Source: Azolla caroliniana
Lineage: Eukaryota > Plantae > Polypodiophyta
Length of the DNA: 64,000 nucleotides
NCBI GenBank assembly: GCA_043228905.1
Contig: JBHGNT010000020.1
Coordinates: 9,734,001 to 9,798,000 of the forward strand
Direction of reading: 5' to 3'
Shown here: piece by piece, positions 25,497 through 38,700 of the stretch
Numbering within the stretch: position 1 is the stretch's first letter
Layout: each line of letters opens with the position of its first letter
Translations under genes and position numbers: made by a program
The notes under the pieces: model-generated
The model's database searches: none
Told to the model about the DNA's origin: nothing
What the model saw: only the letters and a program-made list of their open reading frames with translations

Positions 25497-27356
25497 AACA
25501 CCTTAGATGAGTGAACCGTGCTTGCATCCCCTGGTCGACAATTTTTCTAACATACACAAGGTTTTTGGGCTATTTCGGCTTCTCAAGATAGGAGAACCAT
25601 TCTTCATGGTTCATCATGTGGTTAGAAGCTCTTGAATCCACATACCATACCTCCATTGCTTTTGAGGTGCTCAATGCCATCGAATTGGCCTTGTGCTTCA
25701 TCACAAATGTAGGGCTCGTCTTAACTTGCCTTGAGCCCTCAACGTAGTGCAATCTCTGTCGTCTCTCGGAATTGGCTCTACTCGATCCGACTTTGTCCAA
25801 ATCAGATGTTTCTTCTAGCACTCATCTCCTTGTGACCCTTTCGACCACAATGCTAGCAGTTTGTGGGTTTTCCTTGCCGGTTTTCGGCTCCATCTTCGCT
25901 CCCCCTACTTTTGGAGGGTCCACTAGTGTTGGCACTTCTTTTGTGCCTCTGGTTCTGCTCATATTGACCGCCACCATTGTGTGTCGATCCGCCTCGTCCT
26001 CTAGGATGCGAAGTAGTACAACACTCTACTCGCCGCATGTTCCCAGGCCAGTAAATCTTTGTGTGTCAAATCCGGTGCTGCATCGTTAGCTCCTTCAACA
26101 TAGCTCTAGTACCCGTGTCTGAGTAGGTATTGGTGCATTTTGTATGATCAAGATTTGTAGTTGCTTATGTCGAGCATTTCTATCGAAAGGAGCTTCCCAT
26201 TCTCTGTCCATGTTCCTGGTCGTTCTTGTTAGGAAGACGAAGGCTTGTCTCTGTGTTGGTTTGCTTTGTCGGTTGGAGAGGTTCTTCGACCCTCACACTC
26301 TGATACCATGAAAAGAGTTGCGTATGCGGAAGCTTGTACACAAGACACAATAGGCTCAATCGGACACGAGAGGATAGTTAGGTATACACAAAGAGGGAGA
26401 GACAGAGATGAACAGACAACAAAACTATATTAAAAAATAACAACATTCTATACATACGATAGTGAGCACTTTTATACAAGCCCTCTGCCACAGGGCTAAC
26501 TGAAGTACTGACACCGCCTACCTAAAATATTCCTATTATTAAACATAGGAATATAGGCCCTAATGGCCTACCAAATCTCTTGGCCGATCCAGTTGTCGGT
26601 TTCTTCAACCAATTAGGTATCTGGCTTCCAGCATATTGTCCTAATTGATCCGGCATCGGCTTCTTTAGGCAATCCTTTAGCTGGTCTGGCTTCATGTTGA
26701 GTTTGTCTCACAACAATTATTTACATGGTATCAGAACGATTTGGCAGCTTAATCTAGCCCAACTGTGTGTGTTGTGTTATACACCGATGTTTAAGAATAA
26801 CTAGCTCATCACTACTGTAGTATCACTACAAAGCTCTTATCTGAGAAAGAAGAAGAAGAAGGAAACCCATTTCAACCACCATGAATACTCAAATGGGTAG
26901 CTCACTCCCTAGCGAAAAGTTGGATTGAAACAACTTTGCATCGTGGGAATACAAGATGCACCAATACCTTGTCAGCCAAGGCTATTGGAGCTACATTGAA
27001 GGAGCACAAAAATCGAAACCCAACCCAACCAATGTCGGCTACTCAACATGGGAGCATGCAGCAAGTTAAGTGATATATTTCTTGGTGACATGTGTCTAGG
27101 ACCACATGCTCAACTACATTCATGAAGCCAAGACACCGAATGAAGCTTGGGAGAATCTCAAAAAGATCTTTGTAGCAAATACAACCGCACAAAAGCTTCA
27201 ACACCGCCAAGAGTTGAACAATGTCCAACAAAAGGACATGTCCATCATAAGCTACACCTTGAAGATCAAGGAGCTATGTGATTCACTCGGCTCAATCAAC
27301 ATGAATGTCGATGAGGACCAAATGGTAAATATGCGTCGGCAACCTCACACCATAGT

Positions 27357-30300
27357 TGTCAGGATCAGTATGAAGACAGAGAAGGAATTAGTACTAAAAG
27401 ATGAGGATTAGTACTAAGAGAGGTGTAGAACTCTCGAGAGAAGGAAAGAGTGAGCGAGAGAGAGATAGAGAGAGAGAGAAAGGGTGAGAGAATGATGATA
27501 AAAGATATATATTATGTGAAGAGAGTATACAATAGTGGCTAGGAGGCTTAAGACTCACGTTGAACCGATTTGGTTCGAAATAATGCCTTGTGCCTCCTTT
27601 TATAGTGTTCTAAGGAGTACTCCTGAAGTTTCTAGAATGTTCTAGAGAAATCTAGAATATACATCCATTTTCTATAATAAAACATAAATGAAAATAATAT
27701 TCTATGTATTACAATGTATGGTCTGATTGTCAAGAGCTCGACCCATGTAGCATAAGGTCATGGGTTCGAGTCTTGCCATATCATGACACTATCCCCCTTT
27801 TAAAACGACGAGTGTCACGAGTCGTTTTGGATTAAGGACCCAGTTTGTCTGGATATTGACGATGGAAGTCTTCAAGAAGAGCATGAGCATTGGTCACATT
27901 CTCTATCGGTTCCCAAGTACGCTTGCTGGGACTATATCCTAGCCAATTGACTAGATAGTAGAGCTTGTTGCGAACAATCTTGGAATCAAGGATGGTGGCA
28001 ACCTCGTACTCAGGTCTATCTTCAAGCTCGATTGGGGGTGGAGGTTGTGTAATACGTCCTGGGATGGTGCTCTCTTGATAGGGTTCGAGGAGAGAACTAT
28101 GAAACACCGGATGTATCCGAAGTTGCGGAGGTAGATCAAGACGAAAAGCAACATCATTAATCTTTCCTATAATACGGAAAGGACTTAATCGCCGATAATC
28201 CAACTTCTCGCATGGGCGAGTAGTCTTGATGTGTCATCGTAGCAGCCATACCCGATCTTCAATGTTAAAATTGGATGGAAGTCGATGACGATCCGCGTAA
28301 ACCTTGTGTGCTTGTTGAGCTTGTTGGAGATGAGTAGATAAATCGGCTTGTATCTTGCGTAACCGCTATAAACGATCCTCTACGCAAGGATTTGTGGACA
28401 ACTCTGGGGTTTCAAATACACACCACCGGGGGTGAGAACCCGTATAAGCATAAAATGGCGTAACTTTAGTCGATGCGTGGACAGAGTTATTGTAGGAAAA
28501 ATTGGCAAAGTGGAGAATATCTGCCCAGTCATCCTGATGATAGCTTAGAAAGCACCGAAGATACTGCTCCATCGTTTGATTTGTTCGTTCTGCTTGGCCA
28601 TCAGTTTGTGGGTGGTAGCCGGAGGAGAGGTTACAAGTGACCTTGAGCATTTTAAAAAGATGCTTCCAGAATTTCGATACGAACTGGGGTCCACGGTCGC
28701 TGATGATACTATCGGGAAGGCCATGATGTCGACATACTTCACGCATGACAATTTCAGCGGTTTCTTCACTGGATATTTCCTTAGTACATGGCAAGAAATG
28801 AGCCATCTTCGTATATCGATCTACGACTGTTAGAAGCGCATTAAACCCCTTAGAGACTGGAAGATCTGTGATGAAGTCTAGAGCAATGGATTGCCACGGC
28901 TTGCTTGGAATTGGTAATGGTTCTAATAAACCATATGGATGATGCCTTGGCATTTTTGCTCTGCAACATGTATCACAAGTCCGAACAAAATCTTCGACAA
29001 ATTGTCACATACGGGGCCACCAAAATGATCGTTGTACTAAATCTAATGTTTTAGTACTACCAAAATGCCCAACTTTATATGTGTCATGACAGTTTTGGGC
29101 TACTTGAAGGCGGCAAGAACCATTAGGAACATACTGTTAGGAAACAGGTCCCTCCGGATAGGAAGTTGAGAAGAACCGTGTTGATGAGCAACTCGGCCGA
29201 GGCCGATAGACCGAGGCCGAAACCGGAAATCGTGGAGATAGCCAACCCGGAAGGCTAAAGTTGTAAATAGTCGAAAGGGTACATTAGTATATAAGCACTT
29301 AGGGCAATAATGTTAAGTGCGTAGTATTATTGTAAAGTTACGGTTGTCGAAGTCATGACCTTTGTAACGGTGAGAGTGGAAGCGTGTGAGCTCCATAGCC
29401 ACCTGTAGGCAAAGTAGGATCTCGAGGTCGTTGCCTCTAAGATCTCTGATTGTATTCCTTTTCTCTCATAGTGTTCTGTTTCGGAGTTTGTGGACTCTAC
29501 GTGGTTTTTTTCCCAGTTCGGGTTTCCACGTTAAAATCTGTGTCATTGTTAGTTTTTGTATTCTGATTTTCCTCTCCATTAGATTGACTATTATTCTGCA
29601 CACACAAACCGGTTGTGGCCGGCAACGATTTTTATTTTCACATACAACAGTTTATTAAAGAATAGTAATCCATCATGGTATTTGAATCGCCGATAGTCCG
29701 TACCTAGTGGTTGCGACTGTGAACAAGATGCTTGAGAGGGATCAATTTGTGCTAGAATGGCTTGGGCGAAAGCATCGGTCTTCAATTCCTCATGTATAGT
29801 ATCGATAACATGGCAATCCATGGACATGCCAAAGACCTGTGTTGCTTGGAGTCATGTCGGTCCCAAGATTACTTGCTTTTGGTTATCAAAAGTTGGCTCG
29901 CCGAGACGCGGTGCTAGGTATGAACGCCGTGATAATGCATCCGCCTTCCCTTGGTGCTTCCCCAGACGATATGTAATTTTGAAGTCGAAACACGTGAGGA
30001 AGTGGGCCCACCGAGCTTGACGTCGATTTAACACACGCGCGTCCTGAAAGTAGGCAAGGTTTTTGTGGTGACTGAATACGGTGACTTGATGAGAGGATCC
30101 CTCTAAAAAATGCCTCCATTGCGTAAAAGAGTCCATTATTGCCAATAGCTCCTTATCATGAATTTTGTAGTTGATTTCGGCGGTGTCAAACTTGCGTGAG
30201 TGAAAAGCCACAGGATGTAGCTTCTCATCATTTACCCATTGTGACAGAATGCTCCCCAATGCGAAATCCGATGTGTCTGCTTTGATAATGAATGGTTTTT

Positions 30301-32121
30301 CCGGATCGAGATGAGCTAGAATTGGAGCCGAGGTAAATGCATTTTTAAGACTCGAAAGCCATGCCTGCTTCTTTAGACCAAATGAACGAGCGTCCCTTCC
30401 TGGTAAGCTGTGTGAGAGGTAGAACGAGCTTTGAGTAATCCTGTATGAACTTCCGGTAAAAATTGGCAAAGCCTAAAAAGCATTGCACATCTCGCACCGA
30501 ACGCGGAGTCTGCCACTCTACCACAGTTTTGACCTTAGTTGGGTCCATGGAGATGCTTTCCGAGGAAATGACATAGCCCAGAAATTCTACCTGGTTGCAC
30601 CCAAAACTACATTTTTCCAGCTTTGCATAAAAACCATGTTCTCGCAGTTGTTTTAGTACTAACAATACATGAGAATCATGCTATTCTTGGGACTTTGAAT
30701 AAACCAGTAGATCATCCAAATAGATGATCAAACAAACATCCAAGAGATCTCGGAATATATCATTTGCCATGTGCTGGAAGACTGTTGGCGCATTAGTGAG
30801 GCCGAATGGCATGACCGTATACTCGAAGTGCCCATATCTGGTGCATAACGCGGTCTTCCATTCATCTCCTGGTCGAATCCGTACGAGGTTATAGGCTCCT
30901 CGTAAGTCGATCTTCGTGAAGAACCTGGCACCATTGATCCGTTCTAAAAGACTTGAGATAAGGGGAAGTGCATACCTATTTCTGATTGTAACCTTATTCA
31001 AGCCACGATAATCTACAACGAGACGAAGTGATCCATCCTTTTTCTTGACGAAGAAAATGGGTGCGCCGGCTGGAGATTTCGAATGCCGAATGAAACCATT
31101 TTCCAAATTCTCCTCTATATAGGTTCGCAGAACTTCTAGCTCGGTTGGTAACAAATTGTAGATCGGTCCCCATGGTGGCTCTTTCCCCGGTTGTAAATCG
31201 ATGGGGCAATCATACGGTCGATGGTGAGGAAGCGTATTGGCTTGTACTTTATCGAACACATCGGCATAATGATGATACTTCTTTGGAAGTTGAACGGTGG
31301 ACTCCTCTTTAATGGTGTCTGAGGGTCTTACTGATATTGCGAAGAGAAACATTTCTTCCTTGCGTCCTTCTTCCCGCAACTAATGTAGCGAAATGGTTGC
31401 AATCTCATGAGTAGACCCTCGGGCTTTTCGATACCGGATTTCTGTTGTTCTCCAATCTATGTCTGGGTTATGTAATTCGAACCATGGTAAACCTAAAACA
31501 ATGGGGTGTTCTGGGATGCTAATTATATTAAATGATACTACACATGCTAGATTATCTAGGACAATATTAACGGGCTCTGACTCTTCTATGATATTTCCGG
31601 AAGCAATGGGACGACCATCAATGACTACTACAGAGGCTGGACACGGGAGTTTTCTGGTGATATTTGATGAGCTTGGGCAAAGTTCCTATCCATGAAGCAA
31701 GAATTAGCTCCGGAATCTAGAAGTGCTAAGACATGTACTGGAGGGGTACTTTTAGTACTAACTGTTACTTGGGCTACGAACACATTGCTAACTTGCTTAG
31801 AGGGAATGGAACCACTAAAAGATAATGATGATAAAAGATATATATTATGTGAAGAGAGTATACAATAGTGGCTAGGAGGCTTAAGACTGGCGTTGAACCG
31901 ATTTGGTTCGAAATAATGCCTTGTGCCTCCTTTTATAAAGTTCTCAAGAGTACTCCTAAAGTTTCTAGAATGTTCCAGGGAAATCTAGAATATACATCCA
32001 TTTTCTATAATAAAACATAAATGAAAATAATATTTTACGTATTACAATGTATGGTCTGATGGTTAAGAGCTCGACCCATGTAGCATAAGGTCATGGGTTT
32101 GAGTCTTGCCATATCATGACA
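27357..32121 (-). mobile_element. Chromovirus D (Tcn1-like): 3' LTR 27357-27788, partial 5' LTR about 31823-32121; gag and PBS deleted
   Basis: PR LLDSGA, RT YLDD, RH, INT and chromodomain YEVATILDSK..YLVNWLGY. PPT at 27789-27801. TSD ATAGT/ACGGT. Confidence 0.93.
29135..29640 (+). repeat. Solo Copia LTR nested in chromovirus D
   Basis: TG...CA ends with a perfect 5-bp TSD CATAC. Confidence 0.9.
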
Positions 32122-33326
32122 ACGGTTCACTACCATGAGAACTATTGTTCAAGTAAAGGAGAATCCTCTTTCCTTCGACCAGTAACATTGACTAAAGGTT
32201 GAAGAAGGAGGGAGGATTCTCCCCACATGCAATGTGGTTATTGTGGCAAGTTTGGTCACCATGAGAAGGAATATCGAAAGAAGAAAAGCTGATGCACCAA
32301 CTTCGATTATGAAGATTATGGTGGAATGTTCATAATGAGGTACAAAGCGAATTCTATGTCGGCATCTAGTCCGACCTGCACCTCTAGTTCCGAAGACATA
32401 TGCATCTAGTCCGACCTGCACCTCTAGTTCCAAAGACATATGGTTTATTGATTCCGGCGCCTCCAACCACATTACGTCCCATGAAGAATGGTTCTGTGAG
32501 TTGCGAACGCCCGATCAACCCGACTATGTGGAGACTGGGGACGACACTAATCCAATTCGGCATGCCGGGAATGTCCCATTCGAGAAGGACGGTAACAAAA
32601 CCTTCAGTAAGAATGTCTTGCATGTACCGACCATAATGAAGAATTTAGTCTTGGCCAGCCAAATTGTGGAGCAAGGCATGCAAGTCTGACTCAACCATGG
32701 AGGGTGCTTCATCGAAAAGGAGGGTTGACTCATCGCTAAAAGACGAAGAGAAGTTTGAATGTACATTCTCGATTTGAAAGGTGAAATCGGCCATGTTTAC
32801 GAAGGGTCCCAAAGTTGACATGGACATAGAGTTGTGGCACCAAAGAATTGGTCACATCAATCTCCAAAAACTTGACAAAGGGATGCAGTCGAAAAGAGTC
32901 ATCATCGGACTCCCGACCTTCAGAGAAAAAGAGATTGAGGGAGTATGTGGAGCATGCCAATTCGGCAAACAACATCGACATCCATTTCCATAGGAAAGAA
33001 ATGTGAGCAAAAGCCTCTTGGATGTAATCCAGTCCGATGTTTGGGGACCAACACAAATGGCAACATTCGGTGGATGCCGATACTACGTCACCTTTGTCGA
33101 CAACCACTCTAGGCACACTTGGATCTTTCCAATGCACCAGAAGAACAAAGTGTTCTCGCATTTACAAAGGTTCAAGAATGGAATCGAAAAAGAAACGGAC
33201 CAACATGGTCAGTGCCTTTGGTTGGACGCAGGAAAAGAGTAATTCTCTATATCTTTCTAATTTTATCAGATGTCCCTGAAGGGACCTCTCTCTTTGTTTG
33301 TCTCCTACTTGTGTTTCTACCGAGAG

Positions 33327-33364
<38 letters not shown>

Positions 33365-33440
33365 CTGGTAAAAGCACACAATTATATTAATTGTATGTAA
33401 AATCCACTTAGTTACAACACTTCTTAGTCTCCTTTACCTA

Positions 33441-33770
33441 TCATATGCCTATGTAGGGAGAGGGACATTTTGTAATGCTATTAAAAAACCTGAATATGCA
33501 TTTGAGGGAAATGATCCCCACATGCTCTAACCTCCACAAATTCCACGTGAGAATACCTTTAAGCTTATTTATAAAGGCATTCACCCCATGTCTATTATCA
33601 AACATGAAAACATTACGCATATTCCAATTGTGTTGTAGACCCCAATAACATAAAGTTTGGAACAATATCTCCATCTCATCATTTGGACCATTTTGAACAT
33701 ATTGGAAAAAAACCCATTGTTGAGGTCTCAAACAACGGGTTTAAACTTGCCAAATGTCCGATAAGTACTT
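33441..33770 (-). mobile_element. Probable L1-type LINE ORF2 3' remnant
   Basis: YWGLQHNWNMRNVFMF resembles the W-x-x-W-x-x-RN-x-x-F motif at L1 ORF2 C-termini. Confidence 0.45.
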
Positions 33771-33780
33771 CCAAATGATT

Positions 33781-33825
<45 letters not shown>

Positions 33826-33859
33826 AAGATGAAGTTTAAGCAAGGTAAGATTTTATAAT

Positions 33860-34015
33860 TTGCAACAACAATAGGCCTGTGGATCATAACCTTCAAGAAA
33901 GAAAGAAAGGAAGAGGTACTTGAGATGGTGGACTCAAAATATTTGTGGTCCCTTAAAAGGTAAAGTCAATAAGTGTTTGCATACTACTTTGCCACCTTTA
34001 CTGATGATCATTCCA
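33860..34015 (+). mobile_element. Tiny Copia integrase remnant
   Basis: Frameshifted VLEMVDS.ICGPL.VKS...YFATFTDDHS. Confidence 0.55.
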
Positions 34016-34059
34016 TGCATACATAAAAATATATATATTGGGGGCTTTGGTTGAAAGGT

Positions 34060-34242
34060 TGGGCCATATTTAGGTAGGGGGCACTCTCACAGTGGCCATG
34101 GCCCATATATTATATTATATTATATATGGTCTCTCATTTCTGGGCTGGTTGGGCTGCTTTTTTTTGGGCCAATTGTGCACCTAGTCTTTCATTCATGGGT
34201 TGTGGCCGCGACACGTGGCGTCCGGAGGGCGTCCGACGTGGC
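34060..34242 (+). promoter_or_regulatory. Proximal promoter of the kinase gene: site II motifs and G-box/ABRE-like elements
   Basis: TGGGCY/GGCCCA at 34060, 34100, 34141, 34150 and 34165. CACGTG at 34212 and ACGTGGC at 34236. Confidence 0.55.
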
Positions 34243-34383
34243 GCTCATTCACAACCTCAAAAAAAGAAAATAAAACCTACACCACATACGTGTATGTATA
34301 CAACAAACAACAAACACTCTCAAGCGCGAGTTGAGGAGGGAAGATAAGCAGCAGCAGCAGCAGCAAAAGAAGAAGAACAGCTC

Positions 34384-34413
34384 CCCTAACCCTAACCCTA
34401 ACCCTAACCCTAA
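34384..34413 (+). repeat. (CCCTAA)5 telomere-like/telo-box tract in the probable 5' UTR
   Basis: Five perfect CCCTAA units. Confidence 0.85.
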
Positions 34414-35762
34414 TTTCGAAGTTTACTCTTCGCTGCCTGTATCATATCATCCTTCAACTCCACACCAACACCACCACCTCAATCTCATCTTTCACTGAGA
34501 TTTCTGCAGAATCCGTAAGCTCAGATCGGATCAGTCTGTGAATCGATTTCGAATTCGCCTTTTCTCTCTCTCTCTCTCTCTCCCCCATTGGGTTCAAGTT
34601 TTGCATCGCAGAAATCAAGAGATCTTATCGTCGTCGGCCTCATCATCAGAGGCTCCGCTCAGGTACGGCATCACTTCACACCAGAGCTCTTTCCCTTTTC
34701 ATCTAAACCATTACAATCTCGTCAAAACTCTTTCCATTTCGTAAGGAATATCTCCATTCCATGAAAGCTTTCTTGCACTCTCTCGAAGACTCCTTCCATT
34801 TTATGAAAGCTCTTTCTTTTGATTGCCTATTTCATTAGAATTCTTCCCATTTAATCAATCCTCTTTCCATTCCAGAAAAGCTTCATGAAAGTTATTTTTC
34901 GATTTGGTTAATGAAATTCTCCATTTCATGAAAGCATTTCCCGATTTCAATAATTCTCTTTCAATTTCAATAAAGCTCTATTTATTTTATGCGAACACGT
35001 TCCATTTCTTACAAAAAAAACCTTGCAGTCTCATTGAACCTTTATCTATGGGGTCCTGCCATTTCCTTGAAATTTTGTTTTATTTTTAAATAAACTTATT
35101 TACGTAGCTCTAATTAGATACTAAAAGCGAGTTTCTTCATGTTCGCTGAAATTATATGCAGAAACTTATCTTCATAGTTTTGATCAGAAAAATGTGTGAA
35201 AGTTTCCACTAAAGTTTCTGTGAAACGTCTTTTGTTTTGCTGCAATTATACAAATAACCGAGGGAAATTCCCAAATTACATCTTCTTGGATGTTTGTTTG
35301 GTTTTCCACTGAAAAATTATACATAGTGTTGGCATCTTCATAGCCTGATGAGAGTACTCGGAAATTTTCCACTGGCATTTCCTTTAAACTTTTTGTTTTG
35401 AATTTGTACACAGATTTATCTCTATAGCTCTCATATCGAATTGATTAAAAATCCCTCAGCACACAGTTCATTTGATTTTCTGAATATTCAGACAGAGACT
35501 TATCTCAATAGCTCTCCTTTAGAATGGGCTTCAGATTTCCGCAATGTCTTGTTTATTTGCTTAAATTATACATAGAAACTTAATCTCCATATCTCTGACA
35601 GATTTATGAGAGAGAGTCCCCATTCAAATTTCCCCAAACATTAGTTTTTTTGGCTGAAACTATACAAATTAATAAGCTAAAGTTCCCTTTTGAAATGTTC
35701 TTGAATGCTTTTTTTTCTCTGGAATTATGCAGACTTAATCTCCATAGCTTTCAGCCATAATA

Positions 35763-38700
35763 ATGGGTGAAAGCGCGCGTACCTTTGTGAGTAGTCTCTG
35801 TGGATGTCATTCAGCTATGACTTTGTTGGACCTTCAAAGAACTCGCCGAAATGTGGATGGAAGCCATCTTGCTTTAAAAGCACAGATTTTCTATGGAGAC
35901 TTCAACAAGAAGATGTATGAAAAAAAGCATAGGGTGCAGAGTTTAAATGGAAAGAGCAGAAAATTTGTTGAAGCTGTGATGACCGATCCTTCCGTGGAAA
36001 CAAAGTTAGCATCGCTTAATGCAGATAAGAGCAAAGGATCAAGTTCTTCTTTCACAACAGGAAGTCGCTCCTTGGTACTATTCTACTTTAACCAAAAGCT
36101 TCTGAATTTCTGTAACACAATGTGCATGTTTAACCTTTGGTATGTTTTTCACGTTACACATTGTTTAAATTTACATTGAAAGTAATATGTACTTGAATTC
36201 ATATCAGAAAGGGGTATGTTTTGGGGGAGGGTAGCAGGGCGTTGTAAATAATTGAAGAGGAAAATGATTTGATATGTCTCCCTGTATGTCTAACGGAGTC
36301 ATATTGCTACATTGATTTGCCATGGATTTATATTTGTCCAATATGTTTCAGATATTTATCTTTTCATGTGTGCAAAGTCTGCTTTAATCAAAAGCTTCAG
36401 AATTGTCGTCCTGTAATGTGCACGTTTACCCTTTCAATCTTGTTAATTAAAAACACCGTTTGCATTGGAAGTAATGATGTCTGTGCTCTGTATTATTTTT
36501 CTTGTGTCCCGAGTATACTTCGATGTGTATAATTCACATACGTATAATTCTACATAGTGATTTCAACCAAAGGATACCTGTAGATCTGAAATTGACACAT
36601 GTAACTCCATATTGTTGATTGTAGTGTCCTGCATTCATTTGTTTATTTACTGTTATTGAGCTTTCATTCTCCTTAAATCTGGGCATGACTCATAAAGAAA
36701 GCTGCAGTTTTGGCCCGGTAGTTTAAATGAAATATCGTTTCTACAGGTAGATTTTATGTGCATAACTGTAAACCTATTTGTTTCCGCAAGTATATCTTAT
36801 GCATATTAACTGTATCCCAGTCTATTTGAATTTCAGAATGTGAAGGGTATGTCAGAAGAGATCAAGAAGATGCGGGCACAGTTAGAGGAAGATGAACAAG
36901 TTGCTTCTTTGATGAGAGGGTTGCGTGGACAGAACCTTTCTGATGAGCTTTTCGCGTCTTCTGATGTGAGGATGAGACTCGTGGAGGTACTTCCAATAAA
37001 ATTTCAAGCCATGAGAAATGATGAGGGTTGGATAATAAATTGAAAAAACTTTGTGATATTGGGGAGTTTTTCAACCATATAATTGCTCATAGAGCCCATA
37101 TAAATGAGAAAACAGAGAAGCATCGGCGATATGACTTCTCAAATAGCACATCGATTGCTCTTTCGGGGGTAGTTTTGAGTTTTCCCTTATAAACTTTTTC
37201 CTACCTACTTTGGATTAAAGAAGATGCTGCTTTGTCCTATTTTCAGGTAAATGAAGGAGAAAGTGAAAGCTTACCTCAAGTATATGATCCGGATACAATC
37301 GCGGCATACTGGAGCAAACGGCCAGGAGCAGTAGTTACTAGAATTGCACAGTTGCTAAGTGTTGCGGGTGGATTCCTCTCTGGCATTGCTTCTGACATTA
37401 TCACAAAGAAAGTGAAAGAGGTATTTTATGTCAATCCTTAGTGTATATAACAATAAATGTAATACGTGGTGTATATTATGTCACATGCAATAGGAGAAAC
37501 TATGCATAAATTTCTCAATTGAACTTCTTGTGTGGATTCATTTTACAGAATGAAGTTGCCAGGGCTATTGAGCTACGCGATATAGTTACCTCTTTGGGAC
37601 CAGCTTATATAAAGTTGGGCCAAGCTCTTAGCATTCGACCTGATGTTCTCTCGCCAGCAGCTATGACAGAGCTTCAGAAGCTTTGTGATAAGGTTTGTTT
37701 TTATTGTTAATATCCATGCTAAATTAGCATTGATAGATATTTTCTTCTTTAGTCTTGTTTAAGTATGCATTCATCTCTTTTCCATGTCTCTGTCATTATC
37801 GTTATAGGAACTACTTATCTAAATAGAAATGCCAATTCTTTAGCTGTACTTGGCTGGTTCATATCAAGTTGGTGCAAACTGTTAGTGCGCGACCTGATAT
37901 TGTCTCCACCAGCTGAGCTTGTAGAATGATGTAGGATGTGTCTGTGTGGGGCAGGGATAACTGGCAAACTACTTCTGTCATCATTTCATTATTTTGTTAC
38001 AGGAAGTTAATCATGTTAATGCTTTTAGTTTCTCATGTGGAGAAATGAGGTCATGCTATGCATCTTGTGTACTACAGCTGTTTTTTCCTATGCCTGTTAT
38101 TTGTGGTGTATGTTGGCTGTCAATCTGGTATAATGTTGGTTTGATTGGATATGAGCTATTTAGGTTTTGGCTGTAGAGTCTTGATCAGCCTGTCAAAGCC
38201 ATAATACACGTCAAGTTTTTTATGTACATAGACCCCAATTTAGGGTTAGGCAAGATTAAAATCCTGAAACAGAACCAAATTCTGTACCTATTATAATCTG
38301 TCGCAGATGGTGTGTTATTGATATTTCTGATGATATCCTTTAAGCATAAGAGATATGGAAGATGTCCAGTGGTTTATGTACGAACATTTTATTGATTCTC
38401 ATCTTTCCATGTTGGCATACCATTATATGTAATTCTATTTGTGCAGTTCAAATTTTTGAGATGTACAGTAATTTGTATGTAAATGTTTCATGTTTCTGTG
38501 TAACTGATCATCAGTGTTCCAGGTATATTTTTAATTTCTTAGTAATCTGATTTATTGACAGGTTCCTTCATTTCCTGATGATGTGGCAATGAATTTACTT
38601 GAGGAAGAGCTTGGAAAACACTGGTCAGAGATCTATTCAGAACTTTCACCATCACCAATTGCTGCAGGCAATTCCCATGGACTCCTGAACTCACAGACAT

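Larger units (their letters stand above)
22456..26715 (-). mobile_element. Degenerate Copia element: 5' LTR 26309-26715, iMet PBS 26298-26308, gag/PR/INT/RT remnants
   Basis: TGGTATCAGAG PBS. WYVDSRASNHM, FIDDFNR, CLRTNGGNEY and YVHVPKEK motifs. Confidence 0.88.
26716..33240 (+). mobile_element. Degenerate Copia (PBS 26726-26737, gag, PR, GAG-pre-integrase, truncated INT), split by chromovirus D
   Basis: TGGTATCAGAA. NFASWEYKM gag, WFIDSGASNH, WHQRIGH..CGACQFGKQ and SDVWGP motifs. Confidence 0.88.

Noticed and set aside
25153-25503. DNA transposon (MITE) with 7-bp TIRs
   Set aside because: Internal motifs match chromovirus LTRs B and D, which also have TGTCA/TGACA ends, so it is treated as a solo LTR.
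33241-33420. 3' LTR of the Copia at 26716
   Set aside because: It has a CT tract and ends in CAACA, but there is no matching LTR or PPT in the window.
34384-34413. True telomere or chromosome-fusion site
   Set aside because: Only 30 bp, in a promoter/UTR context.
37241-37252. Recursive or dual splice site (TTTCAG|GTAAAT)
   Set aside because: Explained by a Val codon at the exon start, and using it as a donor would skip a conserved exon. No evidence without RNA data.
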